Source: a virus (Duplodnaviria > Caudoviricetes). Taken from it: DNA of 64,000 nt. Below the pieces are notes generated by a model. The model saw only the letters and a list, made by a program, of their open reading frames with translations. It did not search any database and had not been told where the DNA came from. Location of the stretch: IMG/VR virus record IMGVR_UViG_3300021431_000107, positions 18,741 through 82,740 of that record, one strand, 5' to 3'. Numbering within the stretch: position 1 is the first letter of the stretch; the number at the start of each line of letters is the position of its first letter. Of this stretch, positions 27,838 to 39,000 are shown one piece after another. A program made the translations under genes and the position numbers.

Positions 27838-27884
27838 TATCTAAAATCCACGAAACTAAGAAAAATTAATAGGAGGTGTAAAAA

Positions 27885-29102
27885 TTGTTAACTGAATGCC
27901 CAGAATGTAATAATATGGTATCTACTAAAGCTGTGTCTTGTCCTAGATGCGGCTACCCACTTAAAGAAACCGCTATCACTCACCCAAGGTCTAACAGCAA
28001 AAAGAAACGCATGAGACTTCCAAATGGCTTTGGACGAATCACTTATCTTAAAGGACGTCATTTACGAAAACCCTATCGAGTAATGGTATCCACCGGGAAA
28101 GACGACTTCGGTAAACCTATAGGAAAGCTACTTAAACCAGAAGCCTATTTTGAGACGTATAACGAAGCATATGCAGCTCTAATCAAATACCACGATAACC
28201 CGTACGAGTATGACAGTGACATGACTGTTAACGAGCTATATGAGAAGTGGTTTGAAGCACATAAACCATCAGTATCCTCATCAAGACAATACGGAATTAA
28301 AGCGGCGTACGACTATTGTATCGATATAATTGGCAGTAGATTCGTTCGTGAAATAAAGGCTCCTGACATAAGAAGACTTCTTGATAAACCGGTTAAAGTA
28401 CGTTCTGGAGTAGTTACAGAAGCATCTGATAATGTTAAAAAGAATATAAAGTATGTTCTTTCAATGATGTTTGATTACGCCGTTGAGTACGGATACGCGG
28501 ATCGAAATGTCGTACGAGATGTAAGAACTGGACTCCCAGATCAGGAAGCAGAGAACCCTCATATTTCGTATTCAAAAGAAGAGCTTGAGATACTCTGGAA
28601 GAACGCTGGAAAGTCTCTTATAGTCGATATGATACTCGTCCAGTGCTATATGGGGTGGAGACCTAATGAGATGTGTAACCTTCTTTTATCGAATGTAAAT
28701 ATGACAGATTACACGATAAAAGGAGGATCTAAAACTAAAGCTGGTAAAGAGCGTAAAGTCCCTATTCACAGTAGGATAAGACCGCTCATTCAGTCTCACT
28801 ATAACGAATCTATTTTGAGCAACGGAACTTATCTATTTGTGATAGGCGATAAGAGAAAGAGACAGATTACGTATCAGATTCTTAAGACGAGATACAAGGA
28901 ATGCTTTATGGAACTTGGAATAAACGAGTCTCATAGGCTCCATGATGGAAGAAAGACTTTTGTCACTTTAGCAAAAGAAGCAGGCGTAGATGAGTACGCA
29001 ATTAAGCTTATCGTAGGACATGCTATTTCTGACATTACAGAGAGGGTCTATACAGAGAGATCAATTAAGTGGCTTCATAGTGAGATCAGTAAAATCAAGT
29101 AA
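27885..29102 (+). CDS. int: Tyrosine integrase with N-terminal Zn ribbon
   Basis: Catalytic motifs GWRPNE, SKTKAG, HDGRKTF, VGH, VYT; AGGAGGTG RBS with TTG start. Confidence 0.95.
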   Translation: MLTECPECNNMVSTKAVSCPRCGYPLKETAITHPRSNSKKKRMRLPNGFGRITYLKGRHLRKPYRVMVSTGKDDFGKPIGKLLKPEAYFETYNEAYAALIKYHDNPYEYDSDMTVNELYEKWFEAHKPSVSSSRQYGIKAAYDYCIDIIGSRFVREIKAPDIRRLLDKPVKVRSGVVTEASDNVKKNIKYVLSMMFDYAVEYGYADRNVVRDVRTGLPDQEAENPHISYSKEELEILWKNAGKSLIVDMILVQCYMGWRPNEMCNLLLSNVNMTDYTIKGGSKTKAGKERKVPIHSRIRPLIQSHYNESILSNGTYLFVIGDKRKRQITYQILKTRYKECFMELGINESHRLHDGRKTFVTLAKEAGVDEYAIKLIVGHAISDITERVYTERSIKWLHSEISKIK

Positions 29103-29158
29103 AAAAAAAATAAAGCCGCTGTAATAATTATCTTTCCCACGTAAAGAAAAAATGCGCC

Positions 29159-29375
29159 AGTGTACGAGTAGTGTACTAATGACGCACTTTTTCTTACATT
29201 TTTCTTCATCGAGTGACCTCTTGAAACCCGCATAAATACTTGGTTTTCTTAATTTTAGCCACTCTTTGAAATTAGGGAAAGGAAAGAGTTAGTAGCTGAA
29301 ATAGCCTAATTTACTGGATTCTAAGCATAAAGAGTGTACTAATGGTGTATTAGTGGAGAGCATCTTAGTACACTC
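29159..29375. other. Putative attP with arm-type repeats and a core inverted repeat
   Basis: AGTGTACGAGT 29159, AGTGTACTAAT 29170 and 29333, GGTGTATTAGT 29344, inverted TTAGTACACTC 29365; ACTCTTT/AAAGAGT inverted repeat 29261-29289. Confidence 0.7.
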
Positions 29376-29388
29376 TTTTAGAATTTAT

Positions 29389-30933
29389 TTACTGGATCTT
29401 CGTTAATCCGCTGCTGCTGTTTAATGTCTCTCTAATTACTTCGTTATCTCCGCCGTCGTTAGATCTCCGTCTAATCAATGAATAATCTATACAATTATAC
29501 TGTAGTGACGTTATACTATCGACGGTTACATAGACCGCCATTTGAGAAGAAGTTTGAGGCAACTTAATGTAAATAATCGTACCAATAGTAGAATCGTATT
29601 TGTAGTAAAAATCGAAAAACGTCTCTGAGCCCCTCTCAATAGAGAAAGCAGTTTGTGATGAACCGAACTTACCCATTTTAATTGTTGCCCAGTCTCCATA
29701 ATCGGTAAGAACTGCTAGGCGTGCGTTTCCTCTTTTATTATTTAACTGTGGAAATTTAGCTATTTCTACATATAAATCTTCCGTTGTGCTATTAACCAGT
29801 TTTAAAGTATAATTAGCTGTACGGGTTCGTCCACTTCTATACGGACTGAATTTATCGGCATTGGCGATATTTATATCATAATCACCTACCATAACCACAT
29901 TCGTAAAAGTACAATTAACGGCAACACGATTATGTAGCCTTGAAACATGAGACGGGGATTCAGAATTGCCCTTATAATTAATATATCCGCCATTTATCTC
30001 AATACGGCTATACTGATTATCTGTAAATACAACTGAACCTTCGTACTGACTGCATCCATCATTAGTAGAGTCTTCAGTAAAAAAGAAATTATCTATAAAA
30101 ATACACGATCCATTACCACCAGCATATAATACATTATAAGCAGTATCTATGTAGATATTTGTCGCTAGTAATCTAGCACCGTTTTGGCACATAATACCTT
30201 TACTAGCAGACCACTCATTATTACTGTCACTTCCGCTTATGCATCCACACCATATATGCACATTTGACATGTAGGCTATATGGTTATTTAGGCAAATACC
30301 GGACGAACATCCCATTACTTCGATGTTTGACATTCTGCAGTCACCGACATTTCCTGAAATTTCAATTCCAATAGAAACCGGATTAAAAATAGCTGTACCA
30401 AATACACTACAATTATCGATAAAAGTGCTTCTCGAAGCTAAACTCTGCGTAGTATTTTCGACAAGTATGCCATGTGAAGAAACATTCGTTACGTTCACAT
30501 TATGGACTTTATTATACTGTCTGGTGTCATGAACATGTATTCCTATCTCGCCTTCGTTTAGCTTAAGATTAAGATTCTCTATGTTAACATTGTTTGTTCC
30601 ACTTATGTAAATAAGAGCATCCGAAGAGTCCATATCCGATACGAGCCAAGTAAACTTTTCACTAACCGCATTTTTTCTACTGTATCCAGCACCATAAATA
30701 GGATTTTTTACGTTAATTGTGTGGCTAACTTTATAAATCCCAGCTGGAAAATACAACGAATAGTTCTCAGTAGCGGCATTGATAATAGAGGAACAATCCT
30801 CAGATCCGTCATTTTTCACACCCAGCGATAAAACATTCACTGGTTCTGAGAAGGCAACTTTCCTAGCGGCACTATCCACAATCTCATACGTCACCCCACC
30901 CGCTGTTAGTGTTGACATCTGTTCATTAGGCAT
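29389..30933 (-). CDS. Tailspike/receptor-binding protein with pectate-lyase-like beta-helix
   Basis: VNVLSLGVKNDGSEDCS...LYFPAGIYKV; Asn/Ile-rich beta-helix repeats. Confidence 0.8.
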   Translation of the reverse strand: MPNEQMSTLTAGGVTYEIVDSAARKVAFSEPVNVLSLGVKNDGSEDCSSIINAATENYSLYFPAGIYKVSHTINVKNPIYGAGYSRKNAVSEKFTWLVSDMDSSDALIYISGTNNVNIENLNLKLNEGEIGIHVHDTRQYNKVHNVNVTNVSSHGILVENTTQSLASRSTFIDNCSVFGTAIFNPVSIGIEISGNVGDCRMSNIEVMGCSSGICLNNHIAYMSNVHIWCGCISGSDSNNEWSASKGIMCQNGARLLATNIYIDTAYNVLYAGGNGSCIFIDNFFFTEDSTNDGCSQYEGSVVFTDNQYSRIEINGGYINYKGNSESPSHVSRLHNRVAVNCTFTNVVMVGDYDINIANADKFSPYRSGRTRTANYTLKLVNSTTEDLYVEIAKFPQLNNKRGNARLAVLTDYGDWATIKMGKFGSSQTAFSIERGSETFFDFYYKYDSTIGTIIYIKLPQTSSQMAVYVTVDSITSLQYNCIDYSLIRRRSNDGGDNEVIRETLNSSSGLTKIQ

Positions 30934-31114
30934 ATTGTTTCCTCCTTTTGAGTCTTTGAATTCGTTTTATTTTGAAGTTTTTTAAAGTTTTTTAGAAGTA
31001 GGTAGAGTTACTGTGCTTGTTACCATAGGCGCTTCCATCATTCACCTATAGTAACGCAGCAGTAACTCTACCTAAAAATCTCCCCAGGTTTTGAGGCCAT
31101 GAGGAGATTGAGTG

Positions 31115-33574
31115 TTAAATGGCGGTCATTGTGGCTTTCTGGGATATCTTTATCACGCCGTTAATATCTGTTCGGATCATGTATAAGTCTCCACCGCTTC
31201 CACCAATAAAGTCAACAGCATCGGAAGCAATGATAAACAAATTACCTTTGAATATAGACGACACTTTTGAGTTAGTAATCATACTTGTAACCGGTTCGGT
31301 AAGATACACCATATACGTTTTTCTAACGTCAAGCATGCTCAGAGTATTAGAGAAATTACTGACGTCATCTATAATTATGCATTCTCCAGATTTCTTAGCG
31401 GTTATTTTTGACAAGGTTGCTTCACTGTCTAGTGTTTTTCTGCCGAACACACGAATGGAAGAATAATTCAAAAGTCCAGCGGAATACGTAGCACTTAATA
31501 CTTTTATTTTTCCATGCATTACATCGCTAGAGTACTTTTTCCTATACACAATCACAATATTATTTGCTTGATTGTAACTAAAGAAATAGTCAGCAGTTCC
31601 ACCATCCTGCTGTTTTAATATTTTTAAATTCCCGATAGAATCCGTCGATAGATAAAAAGAAATAATATCATTTCCCGTCGAACTAAACTCAAACGATATT
31701 TTATTCTGTGGCCTTAAAACCGCCCTAGCTATTTCTATATAAGTATTAGCGCCTCCATAATCACTGAAACTAAACTCTTTGTCTTCTATATACGAAGTAA
31801 CCGGAAATCGTTTTGCATCTGCGTCAGATACTAAATCATCGTTTTCAGAAATGATTAATTTAACATTTCTAAACGAAACCGTGTTAGTCATAATGGTTTC
31901 TGTTCTTTCTCCAAAGAATCCAGAAAGGCCATTAATGAATATATTTTTTTCTAAAGAATCTCCTCTAACGTACACAAACTGACCATCATATGATGATGAA
32001 CCTTCCATGGATCCATCCATCCACACAAGGACATTCGTTAAATTAATTGACGCTCCTCTCCAGGCTTCTATATAATGATGACTGCTGTCTATATAAACAT
32101 TAGTTCCATTAAGAATGACTGACTCAATTATATCAGTAGAGCAATCAATACCGACAGTAGTAGACCACCAGTCGTCAGTATCTTCCTCAGACCTACATCC
32201 AGTCCAAATATGAAGATTTGCTATATAAAGAAGATTTACTTTTTGCCAAATTCCTTTTTTTACTCCAAGAATTTCCGTATTGGTGATCCGCGAATCTAAG
32301 GCGTTCCTGTCTATTAGAATACCCGTTGAATTAACATACCTATAGCTACCGTATAAGGTACAGTTATCGATAAACACTAATCTGCTTGTCGTAACTGTTG
32401 GACAGCACCATATTCCATATGCGTTACCGATATCCTTGATGCCAACATGATGAATAGAAAGCGCTTCTTTATCACTAGTTTGTATTATGATTCCAGATTC
32501 GTCTCCTCCAGAAAGTTTAATATCAATGTTGTCGATTTCTATACCGCGTAAAAGATTCGAACCGGATCCTTTTCCGACGACTCGTATTACGGCTGTGCTT
32601 GAAGTAGCGTTTGCAATATTGCTTTTAAAAACAGTAAAAGTCGGATCGATATTAAACCTTCTATTGTATCCAGCACCATGAATGGAATGAACTAATCTTA
32701 ATTCATTGTCGATGCGATAAATTCCAGCGGGAAAGTATAAGGAATGATTTTGAGTAGCAGAATTAATAATCGACGAACAGTCAACAGAGCCATCATTTTT
32801 GACGCCAAGTGTCAAAACGTTAACCGGCTCTATTCTTTCATCAATGCCTACACCGACTAACTCCACTCTACCTTCACCATCACTCACGACATCGGCAAGG
32901 AGTTCACCGACTTCTCCATCGATCGTGACATTACCATGCCCATCGTTAGTCACATGAGCGTTAATACCCTGAGCATCAAAGGAGTTGCCATACGCATGCC
33001 AAGTAAGTACGTTTCCTTCCTGACCAGTTACAGGTACATCAGATACCAGTCTCTGCACGTTCTCTTTAAGCTGTCCAATTTCAGTGTTAGATCCAACGAA
33101 CTCAACATTACCCTGATTATCATCCTCAATGTCAAACGTCGTCTCAACACCGTGCTCATCGAGGTAAGTATCGACGGCATCCTCAATAGCTTCCGGATCC
33201 AATCCATCATCCCATCTGGTAGTACCGTCTCCATTTGTTACAAGTAACTGACCGTTTTCACCATATGTTACATAATCCCTTTCATTTCTCGGCCAGTTAA
33301 CTTTAGTGTTACTGATAACAAGAACAGTAGTTTCAGCATTTGTAGCTTTAGTATCCGCAGCATTAGCATTATTGTTAGCAGACCGAGCATAAATGTTAGC
33401 ATCGTTTGCTGTAGCGTTAGCTTGATTTGCTGTTTCTAATGCATCAAAAGCTTCTTCAGCACTAGTTTCCGAAACTTCATTTATCTTTTCAATGGCATCG
33501 TGGATACTTCCTCTAACCTCTTCGCCATAGACAGCATCCATTATAGCCTGTAATTCAGTTGAAATATCCGCCAT
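31115..33574 (-). CDS. Tail fibre/tailspike: baseplate-anchoring N-terminus plus beta-helix
   Basis: MADISTELQAIMDAVYGEEVRGSIHDAI; three DGxGNV-like repeats; VNVLTLGVKNDGSVDCS...LYFPAGIY. Confidence 0.8.
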   Translation of the reverse strand: MADISTELQAIMDAVYGEEVRGSIHDAIEKINEVSETSAEEAFDALETANQANATANDANIYARSANNNANAADTKATNAETTVLVISNTKVNWPRNERDYVTYGENGQLLVTNGDGTTRWDDGLDPEAIEDAVDTYLDEHGVETTFDIEDDNQGNVEFVGSNTEIGQLKENVQRLVSDVPVTGQEGNVLTWHAYGNSFDAQGINAHVTNDGHGNVTIDGEVGELLADVVSDGEGRVELVGVGIDERIEPVNVLTLGVKNDGSVDCSSIINSATQNHSLYFPAGIYRIDNELRLVHSIHGAGYNRRFNIDPTFTVFKSNIANATSSTAVIRVVGKGSGSNLLRGIEIDNIDIKLSGGDESGIIIQTSDKEALSIHHVGIKDIGNAYGIWCCPTVTTSRLVFIDNCTLYGSYRYVNSTGILIDRNALDSRITNTEILGVKKGIWQKVNLLYIANLHIWTGCRSEEDTDDWWSTTVGIDCSTDIIESVILNGTNVYIDSSHHYIEAWRGASINLTNVLVWMDGSMEGSSSYDGQFVYVRGDSLEKNIFINGLSGFFGERTETIMTNTVSFRNVKLIISENDDLVSDADAKRFPVTSYIEDKEFSFSDYGGANTYIEIARAVLRPQNKISFEFSSTGNDIISFYLSTDSIGNLKILKQQDGGTADYFFSYNQANNIVIVYRKKYSSDVMHGKIKVLSATYSAGLLNYSSIRVFGRKTLDSEATLSKITAKKSGECIIIDDVSNFSNTLSMLDVRKTYMVYLTEPVTSMITNSKVSSIFKGNLFIIASDAVDFIGGSGGDLYMIRTDINGVIKISQKATMTAI

Positions 33575-33575
33575 A

Positions 33576-35120
33576 TTATTCTCCTCCTACTGGTGTCCAG
33601 GACATTGAACAGGTTAGAACAGAACCTGCCGGTGTAGTTCCTGAAGTATTCCATCTTCCGATGCAAATATATATACGGTTCTGTTCGTCTGGACCTGGAT
33701 TATCTGCCGAAGGCACATCTACGAAATACTTAGCAGTACCATTAACCATAGTAGCTGATCCCTCGACTGCATATTTAGGAGCATTTGCCGCATCTATTGC
33801 AAAGTAAATGGCCCCTGCATCCGCCTGCCATTCTGTTGCTTTAGTACACGTCATTTTGAATTCCAGATGACATTGACCGGTTTGATAATAGAACTTCCCG
33901 TCGTTAACCGTATAATCGTCATAACCATATTCAGTGTTAGCAAAGTCCCAGTCGATTTCAAGATCTGTTATTGGCGTCGGCTCCGTAGCACCATATTTAC
34001 CTATAGCGTCGATCTTTTTAGATGAAAGAACCTGTTTACCTGTAAAGCTACTTTCAGGACTCTGCCCAAATGTATATGTACTGTTCGCTGGGTTACAAAG
34101 ATCCATATTTATGCCACTACAAATATACGCATTGTCCATCTTATGGATCGGAGAGATAACACGAGTGTAATGTCCTATCTTGATTTCTCCAGCATCTACA
34201 TCAATAAGACTTAAGTCGAATGCAGAGATATCAATCGTAATATTGTTTTTGCTCAAACTCTCTTCCAGAAATCTCTTGCCTTTTTTCATAAGATCAGATG
34301 CCTTTTCGATATCAGAAAAAGTCTCCTGATGGTATATTCGGCCAAACGTGTTTATCCATGTAGATTTCTCAGGTTCTACATAATCCTTATTGTTATTTAC
34401 TTTCCTAATCGTTAAATTGTCTTTTCCAATAGGAATAAGTACCGTATAGATTTGAGAAGCGTCAATGTATTCCGTTAGATCAAGTAAATTTTCACCGAAT
34501 ACTATGTTTTGAGTAGATGTTAGAGTATCTTCAGCTCTTTTATTAGAAAGATAATAAATCGTCTTAAGGTCATTTCCACCAAGATACATTATTCCGCCTA
34601 TATCATTGTTATTAAGGAAATTAGACTGAATATAATCAAAAGTATTCTCATAGGCGCCAACAGGAAACTTCCTTTTCGTTGAAGAGATGCCATCGACCAC
34701 AAAAGAAAACTGTTTGGCAGATGCGCTCATCTGAGTATTGTGCTTTTGTATAAGATCTTTAAAAAACGCATCAGGAGCATAAGAGACTGTATCGTATTTT
34801 GTACTCTGAGGTCTTACTACTGAATCACAAAGAACGGACAGCATCCCCTCGCATTTATAAGTACATCGTCCGATAAAGTCTCTTGAAGAATCTAATATTC
34901 TGCCCTTCCAAATAAGCTCATTGTCTTTAAACACTCTTACGATTGACTTAAGTTTTTTCATCAATCCATTTTGAACGCCAACATTATTAGGAGGAAGTGT
35001 AATGGATAACTGACCTGACGAGTTTATGGTCAAGTTGAGTGTTGCAGCAATAGCGATAAAGTCTCGATAATGCGTACCACTCATATGTATTGTCTCGCCA
35101 TCAACGGTAATTTTATACAT
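33576..35120 (-). CDS. Baseplate hub/Tal (phage tail endopeptidase-like minor structural protein)
   Basis: Position after Dit; IVFGENLLDL, TVLIPIG, IKIGHYTRVISP motifs. Confidence 0.8.
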   Translation of the reverse strand: MYKITVDGETIHMSGTHYRDFIAIAATLNLTINSSGQLSITLPPNNVGVQNGLMKKLKSIVRVFKDNELIWKGRILDSSRDFIGRCTYKCEGMLSVLCDSVVRPQSTKYDTVSYAPDAFFKDLIQKHNTQMSASAKQFSFVVDGISSTKRKFPVGAYENTFDYIQSNFLNNNDIGGIMYLGGNDLKTIYYLSNKRAEDTLTSTQNIVFGENLLDLTEYIDASQIYTVLIPIGKDNLTIRKVNNNKDYVEPEKSTWINTFGRIYHQETFSDIEKASDLMKKGKRFLEESLSKNNITIDISAFDLSLIDVDAGEIKIGHYTRVISPIHKMDNAYICSGINMDLCNPANSTYTFGQSPESSFTGKQVLSSKKIDAIGKYGATEPTPITDLEIDWDFANTEYGYDDYTVNDGKFYYQTGQCHLEFKMTCTKATEWQADAGAIYFAIDAANAPKYAVEGSATMVNGTAKYFVDVPSADNPGPDEQNRIYICIGRWNTSGTTPAGSVLTCSMSWTPVGGE

Positions 35121-36043
35121 TAGAGTCTTCCTCCTCTGAAATCGATTTGAACCTTAACCTCAGACCCAGGAGCTTCTCCATCGAAAGGTATATTAATGCC
35201 AATCACATTCATGCCTTCCTGTAGCTCAACATCATAAAACCTATACGAGTGTTGTTTTGTATCGGTAAGAAGTACAGATCTTTGTTTAATCGGTATCGGA
35301 TCGTCTGCAGGGTCATCTGCTGGATCGTAGTTAGCAATTCTAACATCCGCCTTACCAGAAACGAGTTTTGTAGCCTGAAAAATGAATCTCGGAGTAATCG
35401 GCATTGACCTATTCGGAATTCTGACATAGTGGACAGTATCTTCAGGACCAACAGTAAATTCGAAATCTTGTCTTCTTCTAACGACACCGTCAATAAATGA
35501 GAACGGATCCCAAAGCCAATCGTCAAGGCTGCTAAGAATCTCATACTTATACGGTTCGAAAGTATAATCGAAAGTGATCTTAGACCATGTCTTATCTGAC
35601 TTCCACTGATTGACAGAGAGCCTCCCACGATAGAAGTACTCCCTGTCATCATCAAGAATCACTTTCACTTTCCGACCATGCATATAGTCCATGATTTCTG
35701 AATATCTTGAGTTCCAGACTCCGTATTTACTCCAAGTCTGGTCTCTTCTATTTTCAGAAAGGATGGATTTACCATTTAAGACATAGAACTCAATGGAACC
35801 TGTCCTATCGCTGTAGACCGGATAGGGAGTTAGTGCTTCCGTAGCATCGATGGATCCATTAGCTCCAGGGAGATCAATATAGTTTGTCTTTGGTGCAGGA
35901 GGTGAAAATACAATCCTTGAAGTAGGCATAAGATGCCAGTTATCAAATGTATTTATCCCGTTAAACTTCTGCTCTAGAAAATTAGAGAAGATATCTACGT
36001 TATCCGGAATAATCTGCATCGAATGATTTGACATTATGCCCAC
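35120..36043 (-). CDS. Distal tail protein (Dit)
   Basis: IDLPGANGSIDATEAL, YYRGR..V, EPYKY motifs; follows tape measure. Confidence 0.8.
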   Translation of the reverse strand: MGIMSNHSMQIIPDNVDIFSNFLEQKFNGINTFDNWHLMPTSRIVFSPPAPKTNYIDLPGANGSIDATEALTPYPVYSDRTGSIEFYVLNGKSILSENRRDQTWSKYGVWNSRYSEIMDYMHGRKVKVILDDDREYFYRGRLSVNQWKSDKTWSKITFDYTFEPYKYEILSSLDDWLWDPFSFIDGVVRRRQDFEFTVGPEDTVHYVRIPNRSMPITPRFIFQATKLVSGKADVRIANYDPADDPADDPIPIKQRSVLLTDTKQHSYRFYDVELQEGMNVIGINIPFDGEAPGSEVKVQIDFRGGRL

Positions 36044-39000
36044 CTCTCTTTAAGTTTCTGTACCGTTCCAAGTTCTTTATCAATCCCACCAGAAATAGAA
36101 CCAACTAGTGCTCCAGAATCCATTACCATCTGCATGTTAGTCATAGCCTGTCCAAGAGTATTAAGGTCTCCTCTAATACCCTGAACTACAGCGAACATAT
36201 CATTGTTGTTTCCAGCGCCCATAGCAGCAGGATTCATGTATGTTCCAGGATACATAGATCTCGCATAAGCAAGACCACCAAGTCCATACGTAGACCCACC
36301 GAGCATAGAGTTAATAGAACCCACTCCATTTTGAATATTTGACAAATCCATAACAGGAGTGATTCTTGGATCCACATCCATGGCGTTCTCAATGACAGAA
36401 CCGACATACTGATAGACGGATGTTAAGTTATTTAAGATCTCCATACCAGCATTTTCAGCTGCAGCATTAAGATCACCGAAAGACTCTTGCATAGTTCCTA
36501 CTACTGAAGCACCAACAGAAGTAGCGGCGTTCGTTGCAAGGTACAGATTCTTCGTTAGACCATTAGCAAGACCTTCATCTAAGAATCTACCTGTTCTTTC
36601 AGTTGCTTTGGACGGTGACGCTACTTCAGCTGCCTTGTTTATGGCATTCTTGGCATCGTTACCAACCTTCGAACCTGCGGATGTTGCAATAGATGCATTC
36701 TTTGATAGACCATTAGCAAGTCCCTGGACTAGATTCTTTCCTGCTGATTCAAACTGAGCTGCATATGAAGTAAGCACGAACTTCATCTGATTACAAATGG
36801 TTCTGATTTTGCCTTGAAGAATCGGACCATATGCAACAATAGCACGTCCAACAGCGCTCATAGTCACACGAACACCGGGCGATACTGTAGATGGTCCAAG
36901 AGTTGAAAGAGCCGTATTAGCAGATTCAAGAGCTGTAAGAACAAACGTCGGTATATCAGTTCCTGAGAATGTGGTATCTGTTTCAAACGCCGATCTGACG
37001 CCAAGAATAAGCTGCTCACCCATGGACTTACCTGTAGTCATTAAGGGTCCTTCTCCGCCTTCGCTGCCAGTTGATGCAAATCCAGCCATAATCGTAGCAA
37101 GACCGCCGCCTTCGTTTCCAGCTTCTCCAGCGGCTTCTTTAATACCTTCCACAAAGCGTTCCCAAAGAGTCTTACCTCCGTTTTTAATGTCTTCGGTAAG
37201 GTTTTCATCTCCCCACATTGTAGAGAAGTATTCGAAGATACCTTCGAGTTCACCTGTAAGTGCGTTAGCGGCTGCTCCAGCTTGTGTCGCGTCGTAGTTC
37301 ATTAGTTCATCTGAAAACATGCCAAACAGTGAAAGAATATCCTGAACCCTATTAAGCATGGACTCGACGTCGCTCATGTTCTCGATTCCGCCAAGTGTAT
37401 TTGAGAAATTGACCATAGAAGTGCCAAACGATTCAATATTTGTTCCAAGAGTGATAAGTGTGTTATCGCCAACCAACTTTCCAAGAACCGTATCATAGTC
37501 ATGCATATTCGGTACACTATCGGCAAGGGCAGTGATGATTTTACCCGCGGTTTCAGAGTTCTCAATAGCCTTCGTATCGAGGGAATCACCTCCGACTACT
37601 TTTCCGTATTCGACCATAGCTTCACCGAAGCTTTTAAGACCCGTAGCAAGTGCTTCGAACGAATTAGATCCAAAGAACTGCCCCGCTATCGTGTTGACAA
37701 GTCTAATGTTTGGAATTGCATTAGCAAAGTCAGTAATAATACCAACCGCTTTCGATGATTGCTCTACTGCAGACGAATTAAGCTGGGATACAATCCAGGA
37801 ATAGGCAACCATTGCCTGAGCAAATGGAACTAGACCAGTAGCAAGTGCGGTTAAACTGTTGTCGCCGATTAGTTTACCAAGAATCGAATCGCTTCCATGT
37901 ATAGTAGGAGCCGCATTTGCATATTGCATAACAGAGTTAACGGCGAGAGAAGTGCCGATCACTGCCCCAACATTCATACCTGAAATCTCATTGGAGTAGG
38001 CAACCATATAAACCGCAAATGCAACGGCTTCTTTACCAAATGTGATGAGGCTACTATCTCCTGTGAAGAGATCCATAAGTCCACCGACTTCAGGAACGTC
38101 GTTTGCATATTTAGTGACTGTGCTTATAGCCTGAGAGGTCTTGTTTATCGTCTCTTCATTAACCCCTTGAATCTTTTCCGAGTACATTCCCATGAGCACA
38201 GCGAAGACGTTTAAGTCTTCACCAAAGCTTATAAGAGAACTGTCTCCTTTTCCAAGGAAATTATTGATAAGATTGTCCATGGTGTTCTTATCAGACATGT
38301 CAACAAGATCTTTTAAGAATCCCATTAAATTCTTAAAGCCAGCAAATGATGGACCGTCTCCTGTCGCAAGTGTACCTAAGCTCGCTACAAAATCAGACAG
38401 CTTTTGACCAACTTGAGGTAAATTCTCAGTAAGTCCGGTTAAAGAACCACCGATAAGTCCGCCAAAGAAGCCGCCTATCATCTGTCCAAATTCAGTAGTT
38501 ATAGCAGTAAGTATTCTACCTATCATATGAAGGCCTGTCTCTGCTTTTTCAATCTGTTCTTCGCTGATATTGTCGCCAACCAGGTACCCAACAACTCCAG
38601 CAATACCAGTTATAAGAGCAGTTACTGCTGCTATATCTATCACACCAAGTGCCGATGCCGCTAACCCGCCAAGACCAGAATGACCAAGAGTCTGACATAG
38701 TAGAGTAATGCCACCCATAACGCCAAGAAGCAGAGATATTGATGCGCTAACCTTAAGCATCTTATCCGCATCAATATTTTGATCGCTTGTAAATAGATAA
38801 AGAATAGCGGCAATCTCACCGAGCACAAGTCCCATGAGAACGATACCTGCTATCATAGATGCTCCGCCGCCCTTCATCTGGCCAGAAGCTGCCATCATAA
38901 GAGCGAACGCACCCATAAGAATTGTCATGACTGTTGTAACGGCAGCTAACTTATCAGTTGGGAGGAGAGAAAGAGCTACTACAGCAAGAGCTATGGTTCC

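Noticed and set aside
19565-27884. AATAGGAGGTGTAAA shared by two promoters (19568, 20431) and the integrase RBS
   Set aside because: The integrase copy lacks the TCGHAW box at the right spacing; probably coincidence with an SD sequence
29389-33574. Diversity-generating retroelement acting on tail fibres
   Set aside because: No reverse transcriptase in the window; similarity between fibre genes is ordinary paralogy, not adenine-specific
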